From an uncultured Chloroflexia bacterium (GTDB lineage: Bacteria; Chloroflexota; Limnocylindria; Limnocylindrales; CSP1-4): DNA of 64,000 nucleotides. The first letter of the stretch is position 1; every line of letters starts with the position of its first letter. Positions 9,593 to 21,046 of the stretch are shown in pieces. Position numbers and translations under genes: made by a program. Below the pieces are notes generated by a model. It was given only the letters and a program-made list of their open reading frames with translations, was not told the origin of the DNA and did not search any database. The stretch lies in the NCBI GenBank assembly GCA_963819655.1, contig CAWFXA010000002.1, forward strand, positions 512,001-576,000. Direction: 5' to 3'.

Positions 9593-11861
9593 CACGGCGC
9601 CTGTCCGGTACCTGCCCGCGCGAGCGGCGCCCATCGTGAAGGCGACCGACCTGGGCTCGGTCCAGGTCCTCAAGCACGGCAACCGGTTCCTGCTGACCGA
9701 TTCATTCGGCGACATCCACCCGGATTCGCGCGGGCTCGGCCTGTATCACGGCGATACGCGCGTCCTGGCCTGCTCTGTGCTGCGGGTCGGCGGCAGCCGT
9801 CCGGTCCTGCTCCAGACGTCGGTCGGTGCCAACTATCGCGGCGGCATCCAATTGACCAACCCGTCGGCCGACCGGAACCCCGACGCGAAGGTCCACCCGG
9901 TCGATGGGCTGGTCGGGCGGACGATCGGGATCAGCCGCGAGCGGCTCATCGGCGCCGACGGTGTCTCGGAGCGCGTGAAGATCGTCAACCACGCCGGGAG
10001 CCCCGCGGCCGTGCCGGTCGATCTCGAGCTGGGCGCCGACGGCGCCGACATCTTCGAGGTGCGGGGCTATCCGCGCCGCGGTCGAGGTCGGCTCCTGCCG
10101 CTTGCGGCGACCGATCGGCGCATCACCTTCCGCTACGTCGGCCTCGACGACATCGAACGGTTCACCCACATCGCCTTCTCGGAGCCTGCCGCATCGGTCG
10201 AGCCGATCGATGACAGCTCGCCCGGGGGGTCGGATCGGGGCGCAGCGGTTCGCCTCGGCTGGACGCTGTCGCTCGGGCCCGGCGAGACACGCGTGTTGAG
10301 CTGGATCGTCTGGTGCACGGATCGCCCAGCCCCGCCGGACGCCACCGATGAGCCGTTCCGGCCGGCCGACCAAGCGGCTTTGTTCCCCGCGATCCCGCGC
10401 GTGTCCGCCGACGAGGGTGCCGCGGCGTATCACGCCTGGGAGCGCGGAACAGCGTCGGTCGTCAGCGACCACGAGCTGTTCAACCTCGTCATCAAGCGCT
10501 CCGTGTCCGACCTCCGACTGCTCGTGAATGACGGCCCGGGCGAGGACCAGCGCTACATCTCGGCGGGCGTTCCCTGGTTCACCACGCTGTTCGGGCGCGA
10601 TTCGCTGATCTCTGCCTTCCAGGCGCTGGCGTTCCGGCCGCAGATCGCAGTCGAGATCCTCGACGTGCTCGCGGCATACCAGGCGACGGAGGACGACCCG
10701 TTCCGGGACGCCGAGCCGGGCAAGATCCTGCACGAGCTGCGGACGGGCGAGATGGCACGTTCCGGGGAGCTGCCGCATACGCCGTACTACGGCTCGGTCG
10801 ACTCGACGCCGCTGTGGCTGATCCTGCTCGGCGCCACATTCGACTGGACCGGCGACCGCGCGATGGTCGATCGATTGTGGCCGAACGCGCTGGCGGCACT
10901 GTCCTGGATCGACACCTACGGCGATGCCGACGGCGACGGCTTCGTCGAGTACGAACGCCGCTCGGAGCGGGGGCTGCTCAACCAGGGCTGGAAGGATTCG
11001 AGCGACGCCATCCGCGACCGGAGCGGTCGGGAGGCCATCCCGCCCATCGCCCTTGCCGAGGTCCAGGGTTATGTCTTCGACGCGAAGCGGCGGATGGCGC
11101 GCCTCGCCGGGATGCGGGGCGAGATCGAGCTGGCCGCGCGCCTCGACGCCGAGGCCGACCAGCTCTCGACGCGCTTCGAGTCGGCGTTCTGGATCGAGGA
11201 CCGCCGGTTCTACGCCATCGGCCTCGACGCCGACAAGCGGCAGTCCGACGCGATCGGCAGCAATGCCGGCCAGTGCCTTTGGTCGGGCATCGTGTCGCCC
11301 GAGCGGGCGCCCGACGTCGTCGAGCAACTGCTCAGCCCGTCGATGTTCTCTGGCTGGGGCGTCCGCACATACGCCGCCGACCAGCCCGGCTACAACCCGA
11401 TCGGCTACCACACCGGGACGGTCTGGCCGCACGACACATCCCTGATCGCCGCGGGCTTCAAGCGGTACGGCTTTGACGATGCGTCGAACCGTCTCGCGAG
11501 CCAGATGATGGAGGCAGCGCAGGGCTTCCAGGACTACCGGCTGCCGGAGCTGTTCTGCGGCTTCGATCGCACCGATGCCCACATGCCGGTCCCGTACCCG
11601 GTCGCCTGTTCCCCGCAGGCGTGGGCCGCGGGATCGTCGTTCCTGTTCCTCGAGACCATGCTGGGTCTCCGCGCGCATGCCGACCGGAACGAGCTTGAGC
11701 TGCTCCACCCGCACCTCCCCGACTGGCTCGGCAAGGTCACGCTGACCGACCTGCGCATCGGCGACGCATCCGTCGACCTGCTGTTCCATCGGTGGCGCGG
11801 CACGACCAGCGCCGAGGTGCTGCGCAAGGTCGGCGACCTCGCCGTCACGATCCGACTCTGA
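9579..11861 (+). CDS. amylo-alpha-1,6-glucosidase / glycogen-debranching family protein
   Basis: [46 protein letters not shown]. Confidence 0.92.
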
Positions 11862-11869
11862 CGCGCCCG

Positions 11870-12783
11870 ATGACCGCGACCCGCGCGCTGGTGGAAGCCG
11901 GCACCGAGCGCCTACGCGCGGCAGGATCCGACACGCCGCGTCTGGATTCCGAGCTCCTGCTCGCGTTCGCGATCGGCGTCGACCGGACGGCCGTCATCGC
12001 CCACGCCGACGCGCCGGTCGGGGTCGACGCGGAATCGCAGTACCTGGCCCTGATCGATCGGCGGGAACTGGGCGAGCCGGTGGCCTACCTGCGCGGCATC
12101 AAGGAATTCCACGGGATCGCGTTGTCGGTGGACGCGCGAGCGCTCATCCCGAGGCCAGAGACCGAGTTGCTCGTCGACCGGGCGATCGCCGAGGTCATGG
12201 CCGGCCTGACCGGCGGGGTCGACAGAGCCGGCCCTCTTCGCGTCGTCGACGTCGGGACCGGCAGCGGCGCGGTCGTCGTTGCGTTGGCGGTCGCCCTGCG
12301 CGCACGGCGGGTGCCTCCGACCGACATCGAGATCACCGCGGTCGACATCTCGATGGACGCTCTCGATCTGGCGCGCGAGAACGCCGTAGTCCATGGGGTC
12401 GGAGACCGGATCGCGTTCGAATCGGCCGACCTGCTGCCGCCGGCCGCGCGGTCGAATCCCTATGACCTCGTCATTGCGAACCTTCCGTATGTGAGGACCT
12501 CGGAGCTCGACGCGCTCGCCGGGCGGCCCGTCAGCACGACGTTCGAACCGCGGCTCGCGCTCGACGGCGGCGCCGACGGACTGGCGGTCATCGGGCGCCT
12601 CCTCGACCAGCTGCCGTGGGGACTCGCCGACGACGGCGAGGCCCTCCTCGAGATCGGCGCGGACCAGGGCCCGGCGATCGCGGCACTGACAGCCGAGAGC
12701 GTCTGCCGGCATGGTCGTGCGACATCGTCCCGGACCTCGCCGGCCTGCCGCGGGTCGTCGCGCTCCGTCGGGGCGCGACGTGA
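11870..12783 (+). CDS. prmC: release factor glutamine methyltransferase (frameshift near 12695)
   Basis: GEPVAY, LIPRPETE, DVGTGSG, ANLPY; terminal DLAGLPRVV lies in another frame after GAGAG at 12695-12699. Confidence 0.9.
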
Positions 12784-13754
12784 CGCTGACCGCCGCGGGC
12801 ACGTCGCTGCTGCCGGCGTCCCTGCCCGTGACGCCGGATCCGGCGTTCCCGATCCGGCTCATCGCGCTCGATATCGACGGCACGATCATCGGCGACGACC
12901 AGGAGATCACCACGCGGACGATCGAGGCTGTCCGCCACGCGATGGAGCGAGACGTCGCGGTCTCGCTGGTGACGGGCCGGATGGTGTCGTCGGCGATGCG
13001 GTTCGCCGCGGAGCTGGGCCTCACTGGCCCCATCGTCGGCTACCAGGGCGGCCTCATCCGCGCCATGCCGATGCCGGATACCCGTCGCCTCGGCAAGTTG
13101 CTCCTCCATACGCCGCTCCCCGCGGACGCGGCACGGGACATCCTGACGTGGACCCAGGCCCACGGCCTCGATCCGCACGTCAACCACCTGGAGCGCTTCA
13201 TCCTGCGCGCCGACGACCCACGCGCCGACGACTACTCGGCGTTCATGGGGGCGAGGGCCGAGCTCGTCCCCGACCTCTTCGAAGCGATCGACCATCCCGT
13301 GACGAAGATCCTCGCCGTCGGGGAGCCGCCGGTGCCGGTCGATATCGCGCCGCTCGCCCGGGCCGAGTTCGCGGGCAGGGCCGATGTGACGATCTCCCAC
13401 CCGCGGTTCCTCGAATTCGTGGCGCCCGGCGTCTCGAAGGGCCGGGCCGTCCGCTTCCTCGCCCGTCGCCTGCGCATCGCGCTGGCTGCGACGCTCGCGA
13501 TCGGCGACCAGTGGAACGATCTGGAGATGCTCGCCGAGGTCGGACACGGGACGGCGATGCCGAGCGCGCCGCCTGAGGTGCGCGCCACGGCCCGCTATGT
13601 CGCCCCACCCCTCGCCGATGATGGTGCCGCACGCATGATCGAGGACCTCGTCCTGGCCTCGCCGCGGGACATCATGGCGAACGCCGACCGCCTCGAGCGC
13701 GCCTCGCTGGAGGCGGCCGCTGGAGGCGACCCGATGATGGACGTGGCCCGATGA
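12780..13754 (+). CDS. Cof-type HAD-IIB hydrolase
   Basis: IALDIDGT, VTGR, GVSKG, IGDQWNDLEM. Confidence 0.92.
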   Translation: MTLTAAGTSLLPASLPVTPDPAFPIRLIALDIDGTIIGDDQEITTRTIEAVRHAMERDVAVSLVTGRMVSSAMRFAAELGLTGPIVGYQGGLIRAMPMPDTRRLGKLLLHTPLPADAARDILTWTQAHGLDPHVNHLERFILRADDPRADDYSAFMGARAELVPDLFEAIDHPVTKILAVGEPPVPVDIAPLARAEFAGRADVTISHPRFLEFVAPGVSKGRAVRFLARRLRIALAATLAIGDQWNDLEMLAEVGHGTAMPSAPPEVRATARYVAPPLADDGAARMIEDLVLASPRDIMANADRLERASLEAAAGGDPMMDVAR

Positions 13755-14398
13755 CGGCCCGCGTACTGCGCGACGATGCGGCCGGACGCGACGCGGCGAT
13801 CGAGGTCCTGCGCGGCGGTGGCATCGTTGCCCTGCCGACCGACACCGTCTACGGCATCGCGGTCGCGGTCGCGACGCCGGGCGGCATCGAGCGGCTGTTC
13901 GAGGTCAAGGGTCGACCGCCCGACAAAGCGATCATGCTGCTCCTCGACGATGCGACCCAGGCGGCGCGTGCCGGCGTGATGACTCCGGCGGCCGCGGCGC
14001 TCGCCGCCGCGGCCTGGCCAGGCGGGCTGAGCATCATCGTCGCGCAGCGGTCCGACGTCCCGTGGCCGTCAGTGCTGACAGGCGGGGCGGCCACGATCGG
14101 TCTGCGGGTGCCCGACCACGATGCCCCGCGAGCCCTCGCGCGCGGCGTGGGACCGCTGCCGACGACGTCGGCGAACGTGTCCGGTCTGCCGGTCGTCAGC
14201 GATGCTGCCGGGATCGTGGAGCAGCTCGGGGACGCTATCGACCTCGTGCTCGACGGCGGGAAGGCGCACGGTGGCCCGGCCTCGACGATCGTCGATTGCA
14301 CCGGCGCCGTGCCGGTCGTCGTGCGGGTTGGCGCCGTCCCTGTCATCGACGTCGCCGCGATCCTCGATCGGGCCGGCGTCGAGCACGACCTCACCTAG
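13751..14398 (+). CDS. tsaC: L-threonylcarbamoyladenylate synthase (TsaC/Sua5, short form)
   Basis: PTDTVYG, KGRP, WPG, TTSANVSG, STIVD. Confidence 0.93.
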   Translation: MTARVLRDDAAGRDAAIEVLRGGGIVALPTDTVYGIAVAVATPGGIERLFEVKGRPPDKAIMLLLDDATQAARAGVMTPAAAALAAAAWPGGLSIIVAQRSDVPWPSVLTGGAATIGLRVPDHDAPRALARGVGPLPTTSANVSGLPVVSDAAGIVEQLGDAIDLVLDGGKAHGGPASTIVDCTGAVPVVVRVGAVPVIDVAAILDRAGVEHDLT

Positions 14399-14407
14399 GC
14401 GAGACGC

Positions 14408-15532
14408 CTACCCGTTCCTGCCGCGGGCGTCGACCGGCCACGTGCCGGCAAGCTCGCCGCCCCGGACGACGAGGAACGAATCGACGAGGTTCACGACCGG
14501 GCAGATGTGGTTCGGGATCACGGTCACGACACGACCGACCTCCGGCATCCGATCCCCCGGGGCGATGTCCACGATCCCGTGATAGTCGGCGACGCGCGCG
14601 ACGACCGCGCCGCCGAGCTCCGGGATCTCGCCGTGGCCGGGCATGTAGGACGCGACGTCCTTGCCCAGGATCTTGCCCCCGGCGTCGAGCACGAACCGGT
14701 GTTCGGCTTCGTTCACGCTGACGACCCGGGCGGCCACGACCGCCGCGACGGCATCCGGCTCGATCGACCCCAGGACGACCTGTTGCCGGTCGCCGAACAC
14801 GTACGTCCCGGGACGCTCCTCCGTGACGGCGCCGCGCGCCGAGTCGACCGCGGTCGGGGTCGACCCGGCGCTCACGACCCGCGCCTCCACGCCCACAGTG
14901 TTGAGAGAGCTCGCGGCCGCGGTCAGCGATCGGACCTCGTCGTCGGCGGCGTCCGCCCGAGCGTCCGGGCCGGCATAGCCGTGGCCGCCGTGCGTGAAGA
15001 CGCCGATGACCGTGAGCCCGAAGTCGCTCGCGATCCGTGCGACCTCTGCGGCGCCCGACGGCGCCACGCCGCTGCGCCGCCCGCCGGAATCGATCTCGAT
15101 GAGCAGCTCGACTGCGTCACGATCCGGTCCCAAGGCGTCGGCGACCGCTCGGACACCGCCCGCCGAATCGACGCCGACCCGAATGCGACTGCGGCGCGCG
15201 AGCGCCCTCAACCTGGCCGCCTTCGGTCCGCGCGGCACGAGCGGATACGAGATGAACAGGTCGTCCAGTCCGGCGTCGGCGAAGACCTCGGCCTCGCCGA
15301 TCGTCCCGACCGTCAGTCCGGCGGCCCCTGCAGCAAGCTGGCGGCGGCCGACCTCGATGCTCTTGTGGGTCTTGGCGTGCGGCCGGAGGTCGACGCCGCG
15401 GTCCGCCATGACAGCCGCCATCCGCCCGACTGCGGCGTCCAGCCGATCGAGGTCGACGACGACCGCAGGCGTATCGATGGCCTCGCGCGTCTGCGTTGAC
15501 AGGGACGGGGCCTCGATCGTCGGAGTTGGCAT
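14408..15532 (-). CDS. DSD1/D-threonine aldolase-like PLP-dependent enzyme (alanine racemase fold)
   Basis: LRPHAKTHK, SAGSTPT, RPGTYVF, PNHICP. Confidence 0.88.
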   Translation of the reverse strand: MPTPTIEAPSLSTQTREAIDTPAVVVDLDRLDAAVGRMAAVMADRGVDLRPHAKTHKSIEVGRRQLAAGAAGLTVGTIGEAEVFADAGLDDLFISYPLVPRGPKAARLRALARRSRIRVGVDSAGGVRAVADALGPDRDAVELLIEIDSGGRRSGVAPSGAAEVARIASDFGLTVIGVFTHGGHGYAGPDARADAADDEVRSLTAAASSLNTVGVEARVVSAGSTPTAVDSARGAVTEERPGTYVFGDRQQVVLGSIEPDAVAAVVAARVVSVNEAEHRFVLDAGGKILGKDVASYMPGHGEIPELGGAVVARVADYHGIVDIAPGDRMPEVGRVVTVIPNHICPVVNLVDSFLVVRGGELAGTWPVDARGRNG

Positions 15533-15654
15533 CGGACTTCGGGTCGACCTCGTGCTCGATGGGGTGACGTTCGTGGGAAGATACCCCGAGCGTGCCGCCG
15601 AGCGGGGTGGCCGCCGGGTGGGGGCGCTCGCGGGCAGGAAGGAGCCGGCAACGC

Positions 15655-16983
15655 ATGACCATCTCCCAGGGGCGCGGGCTCGCGCTCGAGTCGATCGCCG
15701 AGATCGATCCAGCGCTGTGGGAGGCGATGCAGGGCGAGCGGCGCCGTCAGCACGACAACATCGAGCTCATCGCAAGCGAGAACTACGTCTCGGCCGCGGT
15801 CATGGAGGCGCAGGGCAGCTGGCTCACGAACAAGTACGCCGAGGGGCTGCCCGGGAAGCGCTACTACGGCGGCTGCGAGTTCGTCGACATCGCCGAAACG
15901 CTCGCCCAGGAGCGGGCACTGGCGCTGTACCCCGGCGCGGAGCACGTCAATGTCCAGCCGCACTCGGGCGCACAGGCGAACATGGCGGCCTATTTCAGCG
16001 TGCTGCAGCCGGGCGACCCGATCCTCGGCATGAACCTCGCGCACGGTGGTCACCTCACGCACGGCATGGCCCTCAACTTCAGCGGCAAGCTGTACCAGGT
16101 CCACGCCTACGGTGTCCGCCAGGACGACGAGCGCATCGACTACGACGCGATGGAAGCCCAGGCGAAGGAGGTTCGCCCCAAGCTCATCGTGGGGGGTGCG
16201 AGCGCCTACCCGCGGCTGTGGGATTTCGAGCGCATGGCGGCGATAGCGCATGGCGTGGGGGCGCTACTGTTCGTCGACATGGCGCACGTCGCCGGGCTGG
16301 TCGCGGCAGGCGTGCATCCGAGCCCGTTCCCGTACGCCGACATCGTCACGACCACGACCCACAAGACGCTCCGCGGGCCGCGCGGCGGCATGATCTTCGC
16401 GCGCGCCGGGCTGCCTGACGGCATCGACCCCGCGAACTTCCCGGCGCTCAAGGGAGCGCTCGGTCCCGCGGTCGACAAGACGGTCTTCCCGGGCGTCCAG
16501 GGCGGGCCGCTCATGCACGTCATCGCCGGCAAGGCCGTCGCGTTCAAGCTCGCGGCCGAGGAGCCGTTCCGCGAGGACCAGCACCGCACGGTCCGGAATG
16601 CCGCCGTCCTTGCCGAGACCGTCGCGGAGCAGGGTGCCCGCGTCGTGTCGGGCGGCACGGACAACCACCTGATGCTCGTCGACGTGACGCCGCTCGGCGT
16701 GACTGGCAAGGAGGCGGAGCACCTGCTTGACGAGATCGGGATCACCGTCAACAAGAACGGCATCCCGTTCGATCCGCTGCCGCCCAACACGGCCTCGGGC
16801 ATCCGGCTGGGCACGCCGGCCACCACGTCCCGTGGCTTCGGCGAGGACGAGATGCGCAGCGTCGGGCGCATCATCATCGAGGCCATCCGTTCCCGCGACG
16901 ACGACGCGGTCCAGCGTCGGCTTGCCGGCGAGGTCGCCGACATCGTCGCGCGCTTCCCTGTCCCGGGGCTGCCGGCAGCGTGA
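15655..16983 (+). CDS. glyA: serine hydroxymethyltransferase
   Basis: [30 protein letters not shown]. Confidence 0.98.
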   Translation: MTISQGRGLALESIAEIDPALWEAMQGERRRQHDNIELIASENYVSAAVMEAQGSWLTNKYAEGLPGKRYYGGCEFVDIAETLAQERALALYPGAEHVNVQPHSGAQANMAAYFSVLQPGDPILGMNLAHGGHLTHGMALNFSGKLYQVHAYGVRQDDERIDYDAMEAQAKEVRPKLIVGGASAYPRLWDFERMAAIAHGVGALLFVDMAHVAGLVAAGVHPSPFPYADIVTTTTHKTLRGPRGGMIFARAGLPDGIDPANFPALKGALGPAVDKTVFPGVQGGPLMHVIAGKAVAFKLAAEEPFREDQHRTVRNAAVLAETVAEQGARVVSGGTDNHLMLVDVTPLGVTGKEAEHLLDEIGITVNKNGIPFDPLPPNTASGIRLGTPATTSRGFGEDEMRSVGRIIIEAIRSRDDDAVQRRLAGEVADIVARFPVPGLPAA

Positions 16984-17008
16984 TCAACGCGCGCTCGGCC
17001 GCCCGGTC

Positions 17009-18142
17009 GTGACGTTCATCGAGGGGGTCGGCGAGAGCTTCCTGCCCATCGTCGCAGTCTTCGTCCTCTCAACCCTCGTGGCGCTCCTCTTGACGCCGCT
17101 CGTCCGTCGCACGGTGCGGCGCTATGGCATCGTCGATCGGCCGGATGCGCGGCGCGTCAACACCCGGCCGATCCCGCGCGCCGGTGGGATCGCGATCGCC
17201 GCGGCCTTCCTCGGCGTCGCGGTCCCGTTCGTTGCGCTCAACGAGGCGAATGGCTGGGTGCCGACGCCGCTCAACATCAAGCTGGGCGACCTGGCCGCCC
17301 TGTTCGTCGGCGGCCTCGCGGCAGCGATCATCGGCGTCCTCGACGACCTGTACGACCTCCGGGCGCGCTGGCAGCTCCTGGGCCAGGTCGGGCTCGCGCT
17401 CGCGGCCGCCGCCCTCGGCATCGGCATCGCCCTCATCAACAACCCCCTCGGAGCGGGCGTCATCCCGTTCAACCCGGCCTTTTCGGTCGGGTTCACGGTG
17501 TTCTGGATCGTCGGGATGATCAACAGCATCAACTGGATCGACGGTCTCGACGGGCTGAGCACCGGGGTCGCCCTGATCGCGTCCGTGACGCTGGGCCTGA
17601 TCAGCCTCACCACGCAGGTCAGCCAGCCGCTCATCGCGGTGCTGTGCTTCGCGTTGGCGGGCGCACTGGCCGGGTTCCTGCGCTGGAACTTCTACCCGGC
17701 CAAGATCTTTACCGGGACGACCGGCGTGCAGTTCGTGGGTTACACGCTGGCCGTGCTGGCGATCCTCGGCTCGGCCAAGGTCGCGGTCGCCCTGCTCGTC
17801 CTCGGCGTGCCGATCATCGACACGTTCTGGATCATCGTCGGGCGCGTGTCACACCGTCGCTCGCCGTTCACCCCTGATCGGTCGCATATCCACCACCGCC
17901 TGCTGGACCTCGGGCTGTCGCACCGCAATACGGTGCTGTTCATCTACGGGATCTGTGTGGGGCTCGCGATCCTGGCACTGCTCGTCCAGGAGGTCGCGCA
18001 GGCCTACGCGTTCATCAGCCTGTTCATCATCGCCGGGCTGATCCTGTTCGGACCGACGCGCGGGGCATTCCAGCGTCCCGATGAACTCGAGGCCGAGGCA
18101 TACGAGGGGGCCGTGGACGACACGATGCGAGGTGGCGCCTAG
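17009..18142 (+). CDS. MraY/WecA/TagO family polyprenyl-phosphate sugar-1-phosphate transferase
   Basis: PRAGG, GVLDD, NSINWIDGLDGL, NFYPAKIF, HIHHRL. Confidence 0.9.
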   Translation: MTFIEGVGESFLPIVAVFVLSTLVALLLTPLVRRTVRRYGIVDRPDARRVNTRPIPRAGGIAIAAAFLGVAVPFVALNEANGWVPTPLNIKLGDLAALFVGGLAAAIIGVLDDLYDLRARWQLLGQVGLALAAAALGIGIALINNPLGAGVIPFNPAFSVGFTVFWIVGMINSINWIDGLDGLSTGVALIASVTLGLISLTTQVSQPLIAVLCFALAGALAGFLRWNFYPAKIFTGTTGVQFVGYTLAVLAILGSAKVAVALLVLGVPIIDTFWIIVGRVSHRRSPFTPDRSHIHHRLLDLGLSHRNTVLFIYGICVGLAILALLVQEVAQAYAFISLFIIAGLILFGPTRGAFQRPDELEAEAYEGAVDDTMRGGA

Positions 18143-18231
18143 GAGTCGCCGACCCCGGGGCGCGCGCGCAACGCCACGTCCCGTGTCGGTGTCGGCGCGG
18201 CACCCGGCCGGTGCTAGCATCGAGTCGACGA

Positions 18232-18786
18232 ATGCCCATCGATCTGCCTGTCGTCCTCCTCATCGCGGCCGTCGCGCTGGTCGTAGCTTCGACCGTCGCG
18301 CAACGGGCCGGCGCCCATGCCGATCGAGAGGCCGGCCGCCTTCGCGTCGCGCACGCTGATCGGCGTGGGCCGATCGGTGCGGTCGTGGACGTCCTGGACA
18401 AGTCGGTGGCCGCCTACACCGTGCGCACGCGCCTCGGCCTGTCGACCATGACGCGGGAAGAGCGTCGGGCAGCCGATCAGCGAGCGGCCGCCATCGCCCA
18501 TGCCGAGGACATCAGGCGAGTCCGCATCGGTGCGCCGAAGCGGTTGGTCGTGGCCGGATCGGCGGGACACGGGGCGCCGGTCGGGACGCCCGCGCGCTCT
18601 ACGCTCTCGGTCGAACTGCTGGCCGCCGGTCTCGGCCTCGTGGTCGTCGTCGGGATCGTCATCGGGATGTGGCCGCAAGAGCGTGGCGGGGTCCTGTCGG
18701 CGACCGGCGCGCCGGCCGTGTCGGCCGCTCCGAGCCCCGTTGCGACACCCTCGCCGACGGCGTCTCCGGAGCCCGCTGCGACCTGA
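18232..18786 (+). CDS. hypothetical membrane protein with Pro/Ser/Thr tail
   Basis: Two hydrophobic segments; upstream TGnTAGCAT extended -10 at 18212-18220. Confidence 0.6.
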   Translation: MPIDLPVVLLIAAVALVVASTVAQRAGAHADREAGRLRVAHADRRGPIGAVVDVLDKSVAAYTVRTRLGLSTMTREERRAADQRAAAIAHAEDIRRVRIGAPKRLVVAGSAGHGAPVGTPARSTLSVELLAAGLGLVVVVGIVIGMWPQERGGVLSATGAPAVSAAPSPVATPSPTASPEPAAT

Positions 18787-18814
18787 CCTTCGTTGGCGAC
18801 CGAAGTCGCGCAGA

Positions 18815-18823
18815 TGCTACAAT
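18815..18823 (+). promoter_or_regulatory. extended -10 promoter of the atp operon
   Basis: TGCTACAAT 23 nt before the first atp gene. Confidence 0.6.
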
Positions 18824-18846
18824 CCGGCTGCCTTGACAGGTCGTCG

Positions 18847-19068
18847 ATGATCGAGCCCGGCCGGGGTGGGGCGTACATCGTCCTCTTCTCGGAGATCGGG
18901 ATCTCACTCCTGATCACGACCCTGCTCGGCGTACTCGTCGGCTATTGGATCGACCAGCAGCTCGGGACGATTCCGATCTTCGTACTCGTCGGTTTCTTCG
19001 TCGGCGCCGGAGGGGGCGCGCTGACGACCTACAGACTGGTCATGAGGTTCCTCAAGTCGATGGAATGA
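18847..19068 (+). CDS. AtpZ/AtpI family protein
   Basis: GYWIDQQLGTIP motif; first gene of the atp operon. Confidence 0.85.
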   Translation: MIEPGRGGAYIVLFSEIGISLLITTLLGVLVGYWIDQQLGTIPIFVLVGFFVGAGGGALTTYRLVMRFLKSME

Positions 19069-19143
19069 GGTCGGGCCAGCCGGCCGGAGAGAGGTAGCGA
19101 GCGCGGCGGAACGCCGCGCTCCTGTGTGTGGAGCGGAGGAAGT

Positions 19144-20160
19144 TTGTCGAGCGAGCAGGTCGTCCCCCAGGACCCTGAAGCCCTGCCGGCGCCGCGAGGG
19201 CGTGGGCTGTCGTCGCGCTGGTTCGCGTTGATCGGACTGGTGATCGTGGGGAACATCGTCGCCTTCATCCTCGTTCCGCCCTTCCCGCGTGGGGGCCAGC
19301 CTGGCGAGGCGTGCGCGTACCCCGTCTGCTTCATCAATGGCACACTCGAGTTCCCCGCGCCGCACACGGTCATCGGCCCCCACGCCCCGGCCGACCAGCT
19401 CGTCACGTTCACGCCGAGCATCAGCTCCACGATCCTCACGATGTGGATCGTGATGGCGATCGTGCTCGTCGCGGTCATCTTGATGACCCGGGGTCGCCAG
19501 CTCTTGCCTGGGCGGGCGCAGAACGCCTTCGAGTTCCTCTACGAATTCATGGGCGACTTCGGGGTCAGCATCGCCGGGCAGGCGGCCCGCCCGTACATCC
19601 CGCTCTTCATCGCGTTCTTCATCCTCATCCTGTTCTCGAACTGGAGCGGCCTCATCCCGCCGGTCGGCCGCGTCGAGCAGCTCCGCGCCCCGACGAGCGA
19701 CGTGAACGTCACGATCGGCCTGGCGCTCGTGAGCTTCGTCTACTTCGAATTCCAGGGGTTCCGCCGCCTCGGCGTCCGCGGCTATCTGGGCAAGTTCTTC
19801 CCGCTCTACGAGTTCCGCAACGGCATCGCGGCGGGCGGCATCGCCCTCTTCGTCGGTCTGGTCGAGCTTATGCTCGAGTTCGTCAAGCCCGTCACGCTCT
19901 CGATGCGACTCTTCGGCAACATCTACGGCGGCGAGGTCGCGCTCGGCGTGATCACCGCCCTGACCGTCGCCTTCGTCCCCGTGGCGTTGCTCGGGCTGGA
20001 GGTCATGCTCAACGCCATCCAGGCGCTGATCTTCTCCGTCCTGACGCTCATCTTCATCACCCTCGCGATCGAGAGCCACGAGCATGAGGAGGGGCACGTC
20101 GCCGAGGAGGCGATCGACGTCATCGAAGGTGAGGGTCATAAGCTCCAGCCAGCCCATTGA
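19144..20160 (+). CDS. atpB: ATP synthase F0 subunit a (start uncertain)
   Basis: APTSDVN, LSMRLFGN, QALIF. Confidence 0.95.
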   Translation: MSSEQVVPQDPEALPAPRGRGLSSRWFALIGLVIVGNIVAFILVPPFPRGGQPGEACAYPVCFINGTLEFPAPHTVIGPHAPADQLVTFTPSISSTILTMWIVMAIVLVAVILMTRGRQLLPGRAQNAFEFLYEFMGDFGVSIAGQAARPYIPLFIAFFILILFSNWSGLIPPVGRVEQLRAPTSDVNVTIGLALVSFVYFEFQGFRRLGVRGYLGKFFPLYEFRNGIAAGGIALFVGLVELMLEFVKPVTLSMRLFGNIYGGEVALGVITALTVAFVPVALLGLEVMLNAIQALIFSVLTLIFITLAIESHEHEEGHVAEEAIDVIEGEGHKLQPAH

Positions 20161-20230
20161 CGGGTCCGACCACCAACGGTCCCAACAACTTTCCGGTCGA
20201 TAGGACCGGGCAGTAGGAGGAAGTCACGAC

Positions 20231-20449
20231 ATGGATTACTTCGGCGCCGGACTCGCCGCCCTTGGGGTGATCGGCCCAGGCATCGGGGTCGGCATCATCG
20301 GCGGCCTCTCCGCCCAGGCGATCGGTCGCAACCCTGACGCCGCGGGCCAGATCCGCGGCATCGCGATCATCCTCGCGGCGTTCGCCGAGGGCCTTGGCGT
20401 CCTCGCCATCGTGGTCGGCCTGCTGGCGATCTTCATCCAGCCCGCGTAG
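20231..20449 (+). CDS. atpE: ATP synthase F0 subunit c (no Na+-binding signature, likely H+ type)
   Basis: GRNP loop, FAEG carboxylate; AGGAGG RBS. Confidence 0.96.
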   Translation: MDYFGAGLAALGVIGPGIGVGIIGGLSAQAIGRNPDAAGQIRGIAIILAAFAEGLGVLAIVVGLLAIFIQPA

Positions 20450-20473
20450 CCCTTCCGGCAGGGAGAGACCATC

Positions 20474-21046
20474 GTGGATGTCCTCGCCGTCGCGTCCGAA
20501 GTCGGTCGCGCGGCCGCTCAGCTGACCGCGGAGGAAGGTGGGGCTGCGCTGTTCCAGGTCAACCTGTTCTGGGTGATCGTCAGCGCGCTGAACTTCATCG
20601 TCTTCTTCGTGCTCATCTGGACTTTCGCGTTCAAGCCCGTCTCGAAGATGCTCGACGATCGGCGCGAGCGGATCGAGCAGGGGCTCAAGGATGCCGAGCA
20701 GGCGCGCCGCGATCGGGAGAGCGCCGAAGCCGAACGCGTCGCCACCCTCGCGGAAGCCCGCAAGGAGGCGAACGACATCCTGGCGCGAGCCCAGAAGGTC
20801 GCCCAGGAGACCCGCGATGCCGACCTGACCGCGACCCGTGCCGAGTTGGAGCGGATACGTGAACGGGCGGCGAGCGACATCGAAGCGGAGAAGCAGCGAG
20901 CGATCGCCGAGCTCCGCGGCGAGGTCGCCGATCTGGCCCTGGCCGCCGCTAGTCGCGTGCTGGGCGAGTCGCTGACCGACGATCGCCAGCGCCGGCTGGT
21001 GCGTGACTTCCTGGCATCACCCGATGTCGGGGATTCCAAGAACTGA
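20474..21046 (+). CDS. atpF: ATP synthase F0 subunit b
   Basis: N-terminal TM segment (ALNFIVF) and long charged helix. Confidence 0.95.
   Translation: MDVLAVASEVGRAAAQLTAEEGGAALFQVNLFWVIVSALNFIVFFVLIWTFAFKPVSKMLDDRRERIEQGLKDAEQARRDRESAEAERVATLAEARKEANDILARAQKVAQETRDADLTATRAELERIRERAASDIEAEKQRAIAELRGEVADLALAAASRVLGESLTDDRQRRLVRDFLASPDVGDSKN

Noticed and set aside
9702-11789. 695-aa antisense ORF, and many similar long shadow ORFs
   Set aside because: Mirror frames of real genes in high-GC DNA; no motifs
11792-13576. Apparent 594-aa PrmC fusion protein
   Set aside because: Produced by a frameshift near 12695; the true PrmC C-terminus and a separate Cof gene lie in other frames
15533-15654. 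ZTP or other riboswitch upstream of glyA
   Set aside because: GC-rich pairing is possible, but I could not find the conserved ZTP core (GACUGGCG...GCCUGGG)
19065-19097. Relay micro-ORF between the atpZ-like gene and atpB
   Set aside because: Starts with an ATGA overlap but stops well before atpB, upstream of a hairpin; a counterexample to the relay pattern
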